Positions 50,772 to 60,041 of a stretch of 64,000 bases of DNA are shown piece by piece; the first letter of the stretch is position 1; every line of letters starts with the position of its first letter. Below the pieces are notes generated by a model that made no database searches, had not been told where the DNA came from, and saw only the letters and a list, made by a program, of their open reading frames with translations. The DNA is from Candidatus Magasanikiibacteriota bacterium (GTDB taxonomy: Bacteria > Patescibacteriota > Patescibacteriia > Magasanikbacterales > GWA2-37-8). Made by a program: the position numbers and the translations under genes. The DNA lies in NCBI GenBank assembly GCA_963802255.1, contig CAWDHY010000001.1, forward strand, positions 363,842 to 427,841, given 5' to 3'.

Positions 50772-51338
50772 TTTACTATTTTTCTCTTCAAATATTTGCG
50801 CCGTAAAAATAAAGAGTTCGGTATTTGGATTTTTGTAACATCCGGGTTCAAGTCCGGCTTTTTCAATACACAGCGTATCAAGAAAAGTTTTTTTATCCCA
50901 GCCGGTTTCAACCGCGACTTGTGGTAAAAAAACTCCGTGTCGACTTCCTCGTTTAATATAGACGCCGTGTTTTCCAAGCTCAATGTCATCCGCATCAGAG
51001 ATTTTTTTCATTGGTGAAAGCACGGATATCTCAATTGAGATATCAGGCAACTCACTCTTTCTCACCGGTGAAAACCGGTTATCTTCCAGCGCGGCAGCAA
51101 GAGCCATCTCTTTAATATTTTGCGCTAATGGTTTGTCTGATTCAAAAACGCCGATACATCCGCGCAGTTCACCATTCTTTCGCAGGGTGACAAATACACC
51201 GCGATTTTGCTTTGACAATATTTTTAACTCATCCTGAGTAGGTATATAATCCTTTCCGTCAAAATATTCTTCCAATGTTTTTCGTACAATTTTTAGAAGC
51301 ACATCTTGTTCAGATTTAATCATTAATGCATCAGACAT
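50769..51338 (-). CDS. AMMECR1-domain protein
   Basis: LRGCIGVFESDKPLAQNIKEMALAAALEDNRFSPV matches the AMMECR1 core (CxG...DxRF). Confidence 0.75.
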   Translation of the reverse strand: MSDALMIKSEQDVLLKIVRKTLEEYFDGKDYIPTQDELKILSKQNRGVFVTLRKNGELRGCIGVFESDKPLAQNIKEMALAAALEDNRFSPVRKSELPDISIEISVLSPMKKISDADDIELGKHGVYIKRGSRHGVFLPQVAVETGWDKKTFLDTLCIEKAGLEPGCYKNPNTELFIFTAQIFEEKNSK

Positions 51339-51376
51339 AGTAATAGCGTAATTACATAATATCGTCTTACATAATT

Positions 51377-51604
51377 TTGTAGCCCGTACGGGAATTCCGC
51401 GTCGCCAAGCCGACCATAATCGGCTCGACTCCTTGTCCTGGGCAGCGGCGGACTTTCACCGAAAGTCTGCCGACGCTCGACGCCTCGTTTTTGCTTCCTC
51501 AAAAACTTCGTCTATCGCTTCTGCCCGTGCGATTCCCTTGTGTCAGAATTACAATTTAAATATCGGCATAAAGCCGCTATTTAAATTGTAGCCCGTACGG
51601 GAAT
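51377..51604 (+). repeat. Two copies of an identical 19-mer TTGTAGCCCGTACGGGAAT (51377-51395 and 51586-51604) flanking about 190 bp of GC-rich non-coding sequence
   Basis: Exact direct repeat; contains the palindrome CCCGTACGGG; no ORF of 60 aa or more in any frame between 51339 and 51766. Confidence 0.6.
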
Positions 51605-51766
51605 CGCACCCGTCTTTCAGCCTTGAGAGGGCCGTGTCCTAACTGATAGACGAACGGGCCATTTTGTAAAATTATAGCAAAATATAAGCAAAAGTCAATC
51701 TGTAAAAGAAAAGCCGGCACGTCTTGAAGAGCGTACCGGCTGAATTTTCCAAAACCAGAAACCTGA

Positions 51767-52219
51767 CTATTCGTTCACAGCGACGGCGAGGCGCGGCTTG
51801 CCGTCGCTATTTTCTCCATCTATAGTCCCGAAAGTTTTTTTCGCGAGTTCAGCTTGCTCAGCCTTGAACTCGGCGAAAATCTTTTCGACGATATCCCGCA
51901 GCATCGGTGGGCATGTTCTCAGCACGACATTCTCCGCTTCTTCTGCGGGCATGAAGACATCGTCCCTAATCGGCAGGCGTCTCAGTATGCGCTGGCCGAG
52001 AACCATCGCTTTGTACTTATCGAGTTTGCCGTCATTGGCGAATTCGATGAGCAGAATGATTCCGGGCAAGGCGGCGGTGAACTGCTTGATGCGTTCTCCG
52101 CCAAACCAGACGTCCCAATGGAGGTTTCCGTCGCATTTGCCGCATTCACAGAAGTGGGAACGAAATTCACCGCAAGAAGTTTCCTCGCTGTTGTTGAATC
52201 CGTCGTAGTTGGTATTCAT
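51767..52219 (-). CDS. Hypothetical GC-rich protein (150 aa) with N-terminal Cys cluster CGEFRSHFCECGKCDG
   Basis: ORF with GC3-rich codons unlike its neighbours; second gene of a two-gene minus-strand cassette. Confidence 0.5.
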   Translation of the reverse strand: MNTNYDGFNNSEETSCGEFRSHFCECGKCDGNLHWDVWFGGERIKQFTAALPGIILLIEFANDGKLDKYKAMVLGQRILRRLPIRDDVFMPAEEAENVVLRTCPPMLRDIVEKIFAEFKAEQAELAKKTFGTIDGENSDGKPRLAVAVNE

Positions 52220-52223
52220 GACT

Positions 52224-52457
52224 TCACGCGGGATAGAAGTGCAGACGGAGCTCAGCCTTGGCTTTTTCCTTCTGCTCCTGCGTGACGCCGTCGACCTTTT
52301 CGATGAAGGCCACGAGCTCGGTGTAGCTGATCAGGCAACCGCTACGCTCAGATTCGCCAACGTATTGTTCGTTGACGATGATCTGGGCGTAGGGCAAACC
52401 GTCGAACAGCGCCCTCGTGCGGAACTTCGACACAATGATTATTCTGGATCTGGGCAT
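52224..52457 (-). CDS. Hypothetical GC-rich small protein (77 aa)
   Basis: AAGGAGG RBS 7 nt upstream of the ATG (minus strand); 4-nt gap to the downstream gene. Confidence 0.45.
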   Translation of the reverse strand: MPRSRIIIVSKFRTRALFDGLPYAQIIVNEQYVGESERSGCLISYTELVAFIEKVDGVTQEQKEKAKAELRLHFYPA

Positions 52458-52597
52458 CGTATAGCCTCCTTATCGTTTGTATTGCCCTTCGGCTTTTCTG
52501 TTTTGGATAAAATGAGCGTTGTTTTTTGTTCCTGTTTTTACGCCCGCCATCACTTATTTCTTTTGGCAAGCAACTACATATTTAATCATATTTTTGA

Positions 52598-52612
52598 TAT
52601 CTTGTCAAGATA
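52598..52612. promoter_or_regulatory. 15-nt palindrome TATCTTGTCAAGATA overlapping a minus-strand -35 TTGACA (candidate operator/promoter for cassette 52457-51767)
   Basis: Perfect inverted repeat around a central T; minus strand reads TTGACAagatatcaaaaatatgaTTAAAT (17-nt spacer). Confidence 0.4.
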
Positions 52613-52754
52613 GACCACTTGACCATCAGCATATTTGGCTAATTTAAGCTAAATAGCGCGTACAACACTTGACTTTTCGGCTGTATTATACTATGATATT
52701 CAGTTAACATAAATTTACCAATAATAATCATTAAATATACTTAATATATTTTGT

Positions 52755-54680
52755 ATGAAGAAATACCCAAGGTTTATTGCTTTTTTGGCAATGATAATTA
52801 CAATTCCGTCATTTTTTAGCCCGGCTTTAGTTTCTGCCGCCGTGCTAAACGCGCCGACATTAAAATTGCCGGCCAGCGACCAAGTTTTAACAAATTATCC
52901 GCGAACAGCAACTTTCAGTTGGAATAGCGTTAGCGGCGCCGACCGTTATGATTTGGAAATTGCTTGTGATGTTTGCGTAAGCAAGACAAATAAATGGCTT
53001 AATGCAACAAATTATAATGTCAGCGGTACATCTTTTACAGTAAAGGTACCCGGCGCTGATAATCAATTCCGCTGGCGCGTTCGTGCCTATAGTGGCAGCA
53101 CTGCCGGCAATTGGTCATCTTATCGTTATTTTAAATACAATACGGCGCCTCAGAGCACTGCAACTACGATCGGAAAACCGATTTTGTATTCACCAACAAG
53201 CGGACAATATGTGAACACTTCCAACGTGACTTTTGATTGGTCTGACGTTTCTAATGCCGTTCAATATACATACGCTATTGAAAAGTACAATGAGTCTGCC
53301 AGCATCTGGCAAAGCTATGCCAGTGAAACGATTACACCAAGCTACAAAGATTTATATTTTAGCGGTAATTCCGGCACTAGCCAATTTAGATTTCGCGTCC
53401 GGGCAATATCAAATGAAAGTGCGTTTGGCGCATGGACAGACTGGAGAAATTTTTATTATGTAAACGGCGGAACCGGTTATTACGGCACGCCGTCCATTAA
53501 TAATCCGACAGAAGATCAAATATTTACGAATCGCAATGTCTATATTAGCTGGACAAATTTATCCGGCGCTACTTCTTATGAAGTAAATGTAAATTACAAA
53601 GTTGGTAGTAATTGGACAAATCAAGATACATATACGGCAAGTCAGAATAATACAAGCCTGTATTTCAGTTATGACAATAATTACCGTTTGCGTGTAAGAG
53701 CCAATTTCGGTTCAGGTAATTATGGCAGTTGGTCTGGCTGGCGCGAATTTGTCGTTAACGCGGATACTTATAGTACCACCGCTCCGACGGTTTACAGCCC
53801 GGCGCAGAATGCAGTGGTTGAAAATAATAATTATGAAGCATATTTGAGCTGGGGCAGTGTTTCCGGCGCTTCGGAATATATTATTGAAATTAATCGCGAC
53901 GGTTATGGCGTGCAAACTTTGTATGCCGGAACAAATACTTCCTACACATTTACCGGCGCGGTTGATACTGCCTGGTATCATTTCCGTGTCCGTGCGCGTT
54001 TGAGCGGAACCAATTATACGGATTGGTCGGATTATCGATATTTTCAATACCGGAATGCCGGCGGTTATTCATATGACCGGCCTTCTGTTAATAGTCCAAC
54101 CGAAGACCAAATTCTCACAAATAGAAATGTATACATGAACTGGACCACTGTTTCCGGTGCGACCAGTTACGAAGTAAACGTAAATTACAAATCCGGTAGC
54201 AATTGGGTTGATCAGGGAACATACAGTTCAAACCAGAATTATTACAATCTTTATTTCTATTACGATAATAATTATCGCATGCGCGTCCGCGCAAAATTTA
54301 GCGGCAGTTCATACAGCGATTGGTCAGACTGGCGCGAATTTGTTGTTGATGCCGACAGCTATAGTTCTTCCGCTCCAACCATATATAATCCGACACAAAA
54401 TGCGGCGATTAATCAGTCATCCCGAAATGTCACTCTGAATTGGAGTACGATCAGTGATGCCTCATATTATGAGATTCAGACATCCTGTGATTGGTGCAGT
54501 GGCGGTTCAACGGAATGGCTATACAGTAATACATATTCCACTTATAGCACCGCTTACATTTGGTATACGCCCGGTTCTGATAATATGTTGCGGTTCAAAG
54601 TGCGTGCCTATAAAACAGATGACACCTTTACCCCTTGGACTGACTGGCGGACTTTTCATTATTTTCAGACAGGATTATAA
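52755..54680 (+). CDS. Secreted repeat protein: six about 95-aa FN3/Ig-like repeats
   Basis: Signal peptide ...PALVSAAVLNA; each repeat carries W-x-x-V-x-GA-x-x-Y-x-(L/V)-(E/N)-(I/V) and (F/L)R(W/F)RVRA; first and last repeats contain Cys pairs (CDVC, CDWC). Confidence 0.6.
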   Translation: MKKYPRFIAFLAMIITIPSFFSPALVSAAVLNAPTLKLPASDQVLTNYPRTATFSWNSVSGADRYDLEIACDVCVSKTNKWLNATNYNVSGTSFTVKVPGADNQFRWRVRAYSGSTAGNWSSYRYFKYNTAPQSTATTIGKPILYSPTSGQYVNTSNVTFDWSDVSNAVQYTYAIEKYNESASIWQSYASETITPSYKDLYFSGNSGTSQFRFRVRAISNESAFGAWTDWRNFYYVNGGTGYYGTPSINNPTEDQIFTNRNVYISWTNLSGATSYEVNVNYKVGSNWTNQDTYTASQNNTSLYFSYDNNYRLRVRANFGSGNYGSWSGWREFVVNADTYSTTAPTVYSPAQNAVVENNNYEAYLSWGSVSGASEYIIEINRDGYGVQTLYAGTNTSYTFTGAVDTAWYHFRVRARLSGTNYTDWSDYRYFQYRNAGGYSYDRPSVNSPTEDQILTNRNVYMNWTTVSGATSYEVNVNYKSGSNWVDQGTYSSNQNYYNLYFYYDNNYRMRVRAKFSGSSYSDWSDWREFVVDADSYSSSAPTIYNPTQNAAINQSSRNVTLNWSTISDASYYEIQTSCDWCSGGSTEWLYSNTYSTYSTAYIWYTPGSDNMLRFKVRAYKTDDTFTPWTDWRTFHYFQTGL

Positions 54681-54774
54681 TTTTGATAAAAACCCGTCCG
54701 CCAGCCGCGGGCGGGTTTTTATTTTGACGCTATAGTGCAAAAGTGATAAAATTATTCCATATAACCAAATATTT

Positions 54775-56796
54775 ATGGCAAATGGAAAAGCCCGCGACAT
54801 TGGCGCCTATCCGCCTTTTGAAGCAAAATCAAAAAAAAGAAGAATAGAAAAATCGCCCGTCGTCCTTTCCGGCGTGGAAGATGTTTTTGAAACCGGTACT
54901 TCTGAAGAAAAAATTGAAGTTGACGAATCAGCTGTTGAACGCGCCAGAAACTCATTGAATCGCGCCGGCCTGATTGAAAAGATGGAAGCAAATGCCGAGC
55001 TTTCGGAAAGCGACCGGGAACGTCTTGGCGGTATGGTTAAGGACCGCGGATGGTTCGGGCTATTTAAGGAACTGCAGGCGGGGGACAGTCTTGCATATTT
55101 TTCCACTCCGGGCGGTGCTTTTTCCGTTAAAAATTTAAATACTTTAATGGGAGAACAGCTTACGGACAGTATTATTGACTCAAGAAAAAAGATTTTGAAT
55201 GAATTAATGGCGTCTGCCGGCTACGAATCGCTAACTCAGGATTACCGAAGCGCCGCTTTTAAACTGCCGAAAAAAGATGACGCTGATTTTCAAAAAGAAT
55301 TAAATATTATCGCGGCGGACCTAAATGAGAGAATGGTTGAGGTGATAAGCAGCGCAATCGACCGCCGGATAGTTGAAGGGATTGATGAAGATAAATTTGA
55401 ACGTTTAAGAGCTCTGCTTCACTCAACAGATGTCGGTTTTCGCATGAATTTTGGCATTAGCGAAGTCGGTGAAGCAAAAGATGATTCAGATAAATCCAAC
55501 GTCGTTCTTGCTTTGGCCGAATGTGCTCAAATGTCGCAGTTGTCCCGTCATTTATCAAACGAATTATACGGTGAGGCATACAGTCGCGACAGCGTAATTC
55601 AGGAAATTTCGGGAGGCAGAGAGACAGAAGGGATAAATGAATTGGGCAATAGGATTGCAGACAGAACCGTGGTTGATCAATCCGGAATTGAATACAAAAT
55701 ATTTACGATTGAAAACGGCCGCAGAGTTATGAATCGCGATTTATTGCGCTTAACCAGAAAAGGTGATTTTGTGCCTAAAGAGGGTAGCGAAGATATTTTT
55801 AATCAGATAAGCCAGTATGTCCGCCGAATAAATATTCTTGATTTGGTTAAACCGTTCACATCAATTGAAGCCTCAGGCGGAACTATCAGCAGACGAGTGG
55901 AAAAAAATGGAAAATTTGTTGAAAAAAATGACAAGGGGCGATATGTTTTACGGGCTGACTTGTCAGAGCTTGATAAAAAACGGCTTGCCTATGAACTTAA
56001 AAAGGATCAAAAAGATGCGACCTATGACGCACCCGAGTTTTTTCATAAAGAAGCGATGCAACTGAAAGATTGTGTATATATAAATGTTGATGTTTTGGAT
56101 CTGGGTGTTGATTTGTTACTTGAATACGAGCAACTCATCCAAGAAGTTGGCGACGATGAAAGCAAATTGACAGAGGCCTCTCTGATTGCGGGTGATAAAA
56201 TAACCGAGAGCATGCGCGCGGTAAGAGAAAAGGCGCTAAAGGTTTTTGAGAAATATTTTCCCGGCGTAAAACCGATTGACCGTGTTGGCGGCGATGAAAT
56301 AGCCATAGCGCTTGAAGATACCGGTGACGCGCAAAAAATGGAGGAATTTTTATTGGCTCTTCAGCACGAAACCGGTACCAGGGTAATAAAGACGGTTGTC
56401 GGCAGTGCGTCTCGCCATAGTAGTAATGAGTGGAATGGAGACGCTTCGGACAAAGCCAATGACGATTATTTGTGCGAACATTTAACGGCATTAAAGCGGG
56501 CGGAGCAGGGAAGCGATATGTGTAAGAAAGTGGAAAAAAAGATGCGGTTAGCCGAACTTGCTCTTCAACAGATGAAAAATATATCGTCAACAGATACCGA
56601 TAGGCTTGCTGAAGAGTTATCGCGAATGGAAATAAGCCGATTTAAAAATATTGCCGTAATTGAAAAAGGTCCGGGTGATTTGCGTGTACTTTGCCGGCGC
56701 GACAGTGGAGAAGAAATTGATGAGCTTTCTCTTGAGGATGTGATAAACTGGATCGGACAAAAAATTGCTATAATTGCCGGTAATAACAATAAATAA
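54775..56796 (+). CDS. Hypothetical cytoplasmic protein (673 aa) with a possible degenerate GGDEF-like palm segment. Tentative.
   Basis: …YINVDVLDLGVD… about 60 aa upstream of RVGGDEIAIALEDTGD resembles the DxD…GG(D/E)EF spacing of diguanylate cyclases; not verifiable by eye. Confidence 0.45.
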   Translation: MANGKARDIGAYPPFEAKSKKRRIEKSPVVLSGVEDVFETGTSEEKIEVDESAVERARNSLNRAGLIEKMEANAELSESDRERLGGMVKDRGWFGLFKELQAGDSLAYFSTPGGAFSVKNLNTLMGEQLTDSIIDSRKKILNELMASAGYESLTQDYRSAAFKLPKKDDADFQKELNIIAADLNERMVEVISSAIDRRIVEGIDEDKFERLRALLHSTDVGFRMNFGISEVGEAKDDSDKSNVVLALAECAQMSQLSRHLSNELYGEAYSRDSVIQEISGGRETEGINELGNRIADRTVVDQSGIEYKIFTIENGRRVMNRDLLRLTRKGDFVPKEGSEDIFNQISQYVRRINILDLVKPFTSIEASGGTISRRVEKNGKFVEKNDKGRYVLRADLSELDKKRLAYELKKDQKDATYDAPEFFHKEAMQLKDCVYINVDVLDLGVDLLLEYEQLIQEVGDDESKLTEASLIAGDKITESMRAVREKALKVFEKYFPGVKPIDRVGGDEIAIALEDTGDAQKMEEFLLALQHETGTRVIKTVVGSASRHSSNEWNGDASDKANDDYLCEHLTALKRAEQGSDMCKKVEKKMRLAELALQQMKNISSTDTDRLAEELSRMEISRFKNIAVIEKGPGDLRVLCRRDSGEEIDELSLEDVINWIGQKIAIIAGNNNK

Positions 56797-56800
56797 GATT

Positions 56801-57343
56801 ATGCTTGAGCGGTTGCTTCTCCATACCTGTTGCGCTCCCTGTAGTATCGCCATTATAGATGAGCTGAAAAATCGATATGATTTGACTGCGTTTTTTTATA
56901 ATCCCAATATTTATCCGGAAACCGAATACTTAAAACGGAAGGCTGAGGTAATCCGAATATGCAAAGAATGGGATGTGCCGGTAGTTGACGCTGATTATGA
57001 AACTGCGCAATGGGACAAAGCCGTTATGGGTCTTGAAAGCGAGCCGGAAATGGGGGAGAGATGCCCTGCCTGTTTTGCCTTGCGTCTGAGCAAAAGCGCC
57101 GAATATGCGGCGAATAATGGCTTTGATACATTTGCCACTAGTTTGACCAGTGGCAGAAATAAAAAAGCCGAAGTGATTAATCCCATCGGCGATAAACTGG
57201 CTAAAAAATATCAAATTAAATTTTTATCTGAAAATTGGAAATCTGCGGGTCGGCAGGAGAAGGCCGGGAAAATGATAGAGGACCGTTCAATTTACCGCCA
57301 GAATTATTGCGGTTGTAAATATTCTCAACCCGGATCAAACTAA
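56801..57343 (+). CDS. queH: Epoxyqueuosine reductase QueH (DUF208)
   Basis: LLLHTCCAPCS N-terminal Cys motif plus CPAC and CGC clusters typical of QueH. Confidence 0.8.
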   Translation: MLERLLLHTCCAPCSIAIIDELKNRYDLTAFFYNPNIYPETEYLKRKAEVIRICKEWDVPVVDADYETAQWDKAVMGLESEPEMGERCPACFALRLSKSAEYAANNGFDTFATSLTSGRNKKAEVINPIGDKLAKKYQIKFLSENWKSAGRQEKAGKMIEDRSIYRQNYCGCKYSQPGSN

Positions 57344-57350
57344 CCGGAGA

Positions 57351-57764
57351 TTAAGGTGTGGTTATTTTTCTTCCGTTATTCAAATGCTCAATTTTAATTT
57401 GGAGTGTTTTTTTATTTTTAAGAAGCATTTGCATCTTTTCCGGCCACTCAACTACGCAGATGGAATCCGGCGCACCTAGATAGTCTTCAATGCCTATATC
57501 AATCAATTCCTGCTCATTTTTTAGCCGATAAGTATCAATATGAACAATCTTTGCCTTTTTTGTCGGATAGATGTTTAGTAACGCGAAAGTCGGGCTGGTA
57601 ATATTTTTTTTTACACCCAGCGCTTTGGCCAGACCTTTGACAAATGTTGTTTTTCCGGCACCGAGATCGCCATAGAGGCACACAATATCACCGCCCTTAA
57701 CAAGGGCAGCGAACTTTTCTCCTATTTCCATTGATTCCTTTTCATTTTTGGCTAGGTATTTCAT
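57351..57764 (-). CDS. tsaE: tRNA threonylcarbamoyladenosine biosynthesis ATPase TsaE
   Basis: P-loop LYGDLGAGKTTFVKGLAKAL, HIDTYRL Walker-B-like region; start assigned to MKYLAKNE. Confidence 0.75.
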   Translation of the reverse strand: MKYLAKNEKESMEIGEKFAALVKGGDIVCLYGDLGAGKTTFVKGLAKALGVKKNITSPTFALLNIYPTKKAKIVHIDTYRLKNEQELIDIGIEDYLGAPDSICVVEWPEKMQMLLKNKKTLQIKIEHLNNGRKITTP

Positions 57765-57906
57765 ACGTCGTAAAATACCATTTTTAGTGTAAATAATCAA
57801 CTTTTGAAATTGAATGTTTGCGCATAAAAGCGCCGTCTCTATTGTTTGACATTTATGCTTAAATCACATAAAATATCAGTTATAATTTTAACCCACAATC
57901 CGTCGG

Positions 57907-59997
57907 ATGGCGGAGGGATTAGTATATATTTTTATGCGTAAAAAATTGGAATTGGCCATAAAAATTTGTATTTACATTACATTTTTTGTGCCACTCGTCG
58001 TTATCCCAAGTTCATTCATTTTTCCGTTTATCGTACCAAAAGTTGTTTTTTTCAGAACGCTTGTTGAAGTTATGTTGGGCGCCTATGTCCTGCTTCTCAT
58101 GATCAACTGGAAGGAATACAAACCGCAAATTACACCGCTTACGCTGGCGGTTTTTATTTTTTACATTGTAAGTTTTGGATTATCTACAATTTTCGGCACA
58201 GATCCATATCATAGTTTTTGGGATAATCACGAACGCATGCTCGGTTTTTTTACTATCATACATTATTTTGCCTACTATTTTTTGTGCAGCAAATTTTTTC
58301 GCACCTGGACAGAATGGAAATGGGCGCTGCGTTTTTTCCTGTTCGCCGGAACGGCCGTTATGTTTGTGGGGCTGTTGCAGGTGGGCAATCCGCAGTTATT
58401 GCTAAACCAGGGAGGCACGCGTGTGGCGAGTACCTTAGGCAACCCGATTTATGTCGGCGGTTATGGGTTGTTTTTGCTTTTTTCCGCTTTTCTACTGATG
58501 ATGAAAGATAAAAATACGATTTGGAAATATGTTTATGCTTTCTTCATGTTTTTCGCGGTATTGGGAGTGTTTTTTAGCGGAACACGAGGGTCGATGCTGG
58601 GGTTGCTTGCCGGTGTTGGAGCAACCATGCTTATTTACGCGTTGGCATTGAAAAAATTCCCGAGAACCAGGTACTCACTTTTTGGTTTGATGGCTTTAAT
58701 TGTTTTGACAGTAGGCGTGCTATATGCGAACCGGCAAACAACTTTTGTCAGTAACATCCCGGCAGTCGGGCGTGCGATTAATACTTCGCTTGCCGATGTC
58801 ATGGCCAGTCCGCGTTGGATTGCCTGGGAAATTTCCTGGCAAAGTTTTATTGACCGCCCGGTTTTTGGTTGGGGTCCGAATAATTTTTTCTATGCTTTCA
58901 ATAAGCACTATAATCCACGTTCCCTTAATTTCGGTTATGGTGAAACATGGTTTGATAACGCGCACAATATCATAATGAATACATTGGCCGTTCAAGGAAT
59001 TATCGGTCTGTTGTCATATTTGGCTTTGTTCGGCGTGGGCGCATATGTATTGGTTGTCGCTTATCGCAGGGGATCCATTGATTATCATTTGCTGGCAATC
59101 GGCTGTGGTTTTTTAACCGCTCATTTTATCGGCAACATCACTGTGTTTGAAAATATTACGTCATATTTGTATTTTATGTTCTGGTTGGCGATGATAAACG
59201 CGTTAACTGTGCGCGCGAGCAGTGTGGTGCCAGCTCAAATCGGTGAGGATAATATATCATCGGATAAAAAAATCGGTTATGCGATAATTTCCGTTGTGGG
59301 TTTAATCACTTTTATTGTATTTTTTATCTGTAATATTCAACCGGCCAGAGCGAATATGAAAACTCTGGACGCGATAAAAGGTCTTTCAACCGATCCGGTA
59401 CTTGGATTGGCAAGAGCAAAGGACGCTGTAAGTTTTGATTCCCCACACATTGACGATATCAGAAGCGACATTAGCCGAACTGCCACGCAACTCTTGTTCA
59501 GTGCAGGACAAAATATAAACCCTGAATTGGCGAAAAATATCAATGATCTCAGCTATGATGAAATTCTGAAGAATACGATGCTACATCCGATGGATATCAG
59601 AAACTATATTAGTCTGTCTCAAGTCGTTCAATTAAAGGCATATTTGGAAAATGCTCCGCAATATTTAACAGAGGCTGATTTATACCTGGAAAAGGCCTTA
59701 GCCTATTCTCCGAAACGTCAGCAGGTAATGTATTCATTAGCGATGCTAAAATATCAAATTGGGCAGATGGACCGGGCGGTAACTTTACTGGAACAAGCAA
59801 TAAGCGATAATTCGGCCATTGGAGAAAGTTATTGGAGATTGGCTTATCTTTACAAATTATCCAATCAAATAGATAAGGCAAATGAGGTAATGGAATTGGC
59901 TGAGAAAAATGAAGTAATATTTACCGACCAAGATAAGGCAAATATAGCGCAAATATTCCCGCCGGCGACTACGTCGCCGACGTCGGTTGTAAAATAA
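57907..59997 (+). CDS. Wzy_C/O-antigen ligase-like polytopic membrane protein with C-terminal TPR-like repeats
   Basis: Many TM helices, GVFFSGTRGSMLGLLAGV loop, C-terminal 230 aa soluble with TPR-like helical repeats (…YWRLAYLYKLSNQIDKANEVMELA…). Confidence 0.6.
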   Translation: MAEGLVYIFMRKKLELAIKICIYITFFVPLVVIPSSFIFPFIVPKVVFFRTLVEVMLGAYVLLLMINWKEYKPQITPLTLAVFIFYIVSFGLSTIFGTDPYHSFWDNHERMLGFFTIIHYFAYYFLCSKFFRTWTEWKWALRFFLFAGTAVMFVGLLQVGNPQLLLNQGGTRVASTLGNPIYVGGYGLFLLFSAFLLMMKDKNTIWKYVYAFFMFFAVLGVFFSGTRGSMLGLLAGVGATMLIYALALKKFPRTRYSLFGLMALIVLTVGVLYANRQTTFVSNIPAVGRAINTSLADVMASPRWIAWEISWQSFIDRPVFGWGPNNFFYAFNKHYNPRSLNFGYGETWFDNAHNIIMNTLAVQGIIGLLSYLALFGVGAYVLVVAYRRGSIDYHLLAIGCGFLTAHFIGNITVFENITSYLYFMFWLAMINALTVRASSVVPAQIGEDNISSDKKIGYAIISVVGLITFIVFFICNIQPARANMKTLDAIKGLSTDPVLGLARAKDAVSFDSPHIDDIRSDISRTATQLLFSAGQNINPELAKNINDLSYDEILKNTMLHPMDIRNYISLSQVVQLKAYLENAPQYLTEADLYLEKALAYSPKRQQVMYSLAMLKYQIGQMDRAVTLLEQAISDNSAIGESYWRLAYLYKLSNQIDKANEVMELAEKNEVIFTDQDKANIAQIFPPATTSPTSVVK

Positions 59998-60041
59998 GTT
60001 CACCTCTTTTATTTTCAGGAAAAATTGTTCGGAAATTATTT

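Noticed and set aside
51339-51766. GC-rich structured non-coding segment considered as RNase P RNA, SRP RNA or a tRNA
   Set aside because: A GAAAGUC-like segment is present. The P4 partner strand, GGGCAGG/AACNGNAA-type conserved regions, the SRP domain IV motif and tRNA T-loop motifs could not be found on either strand. It is left as an unassigned structured element.
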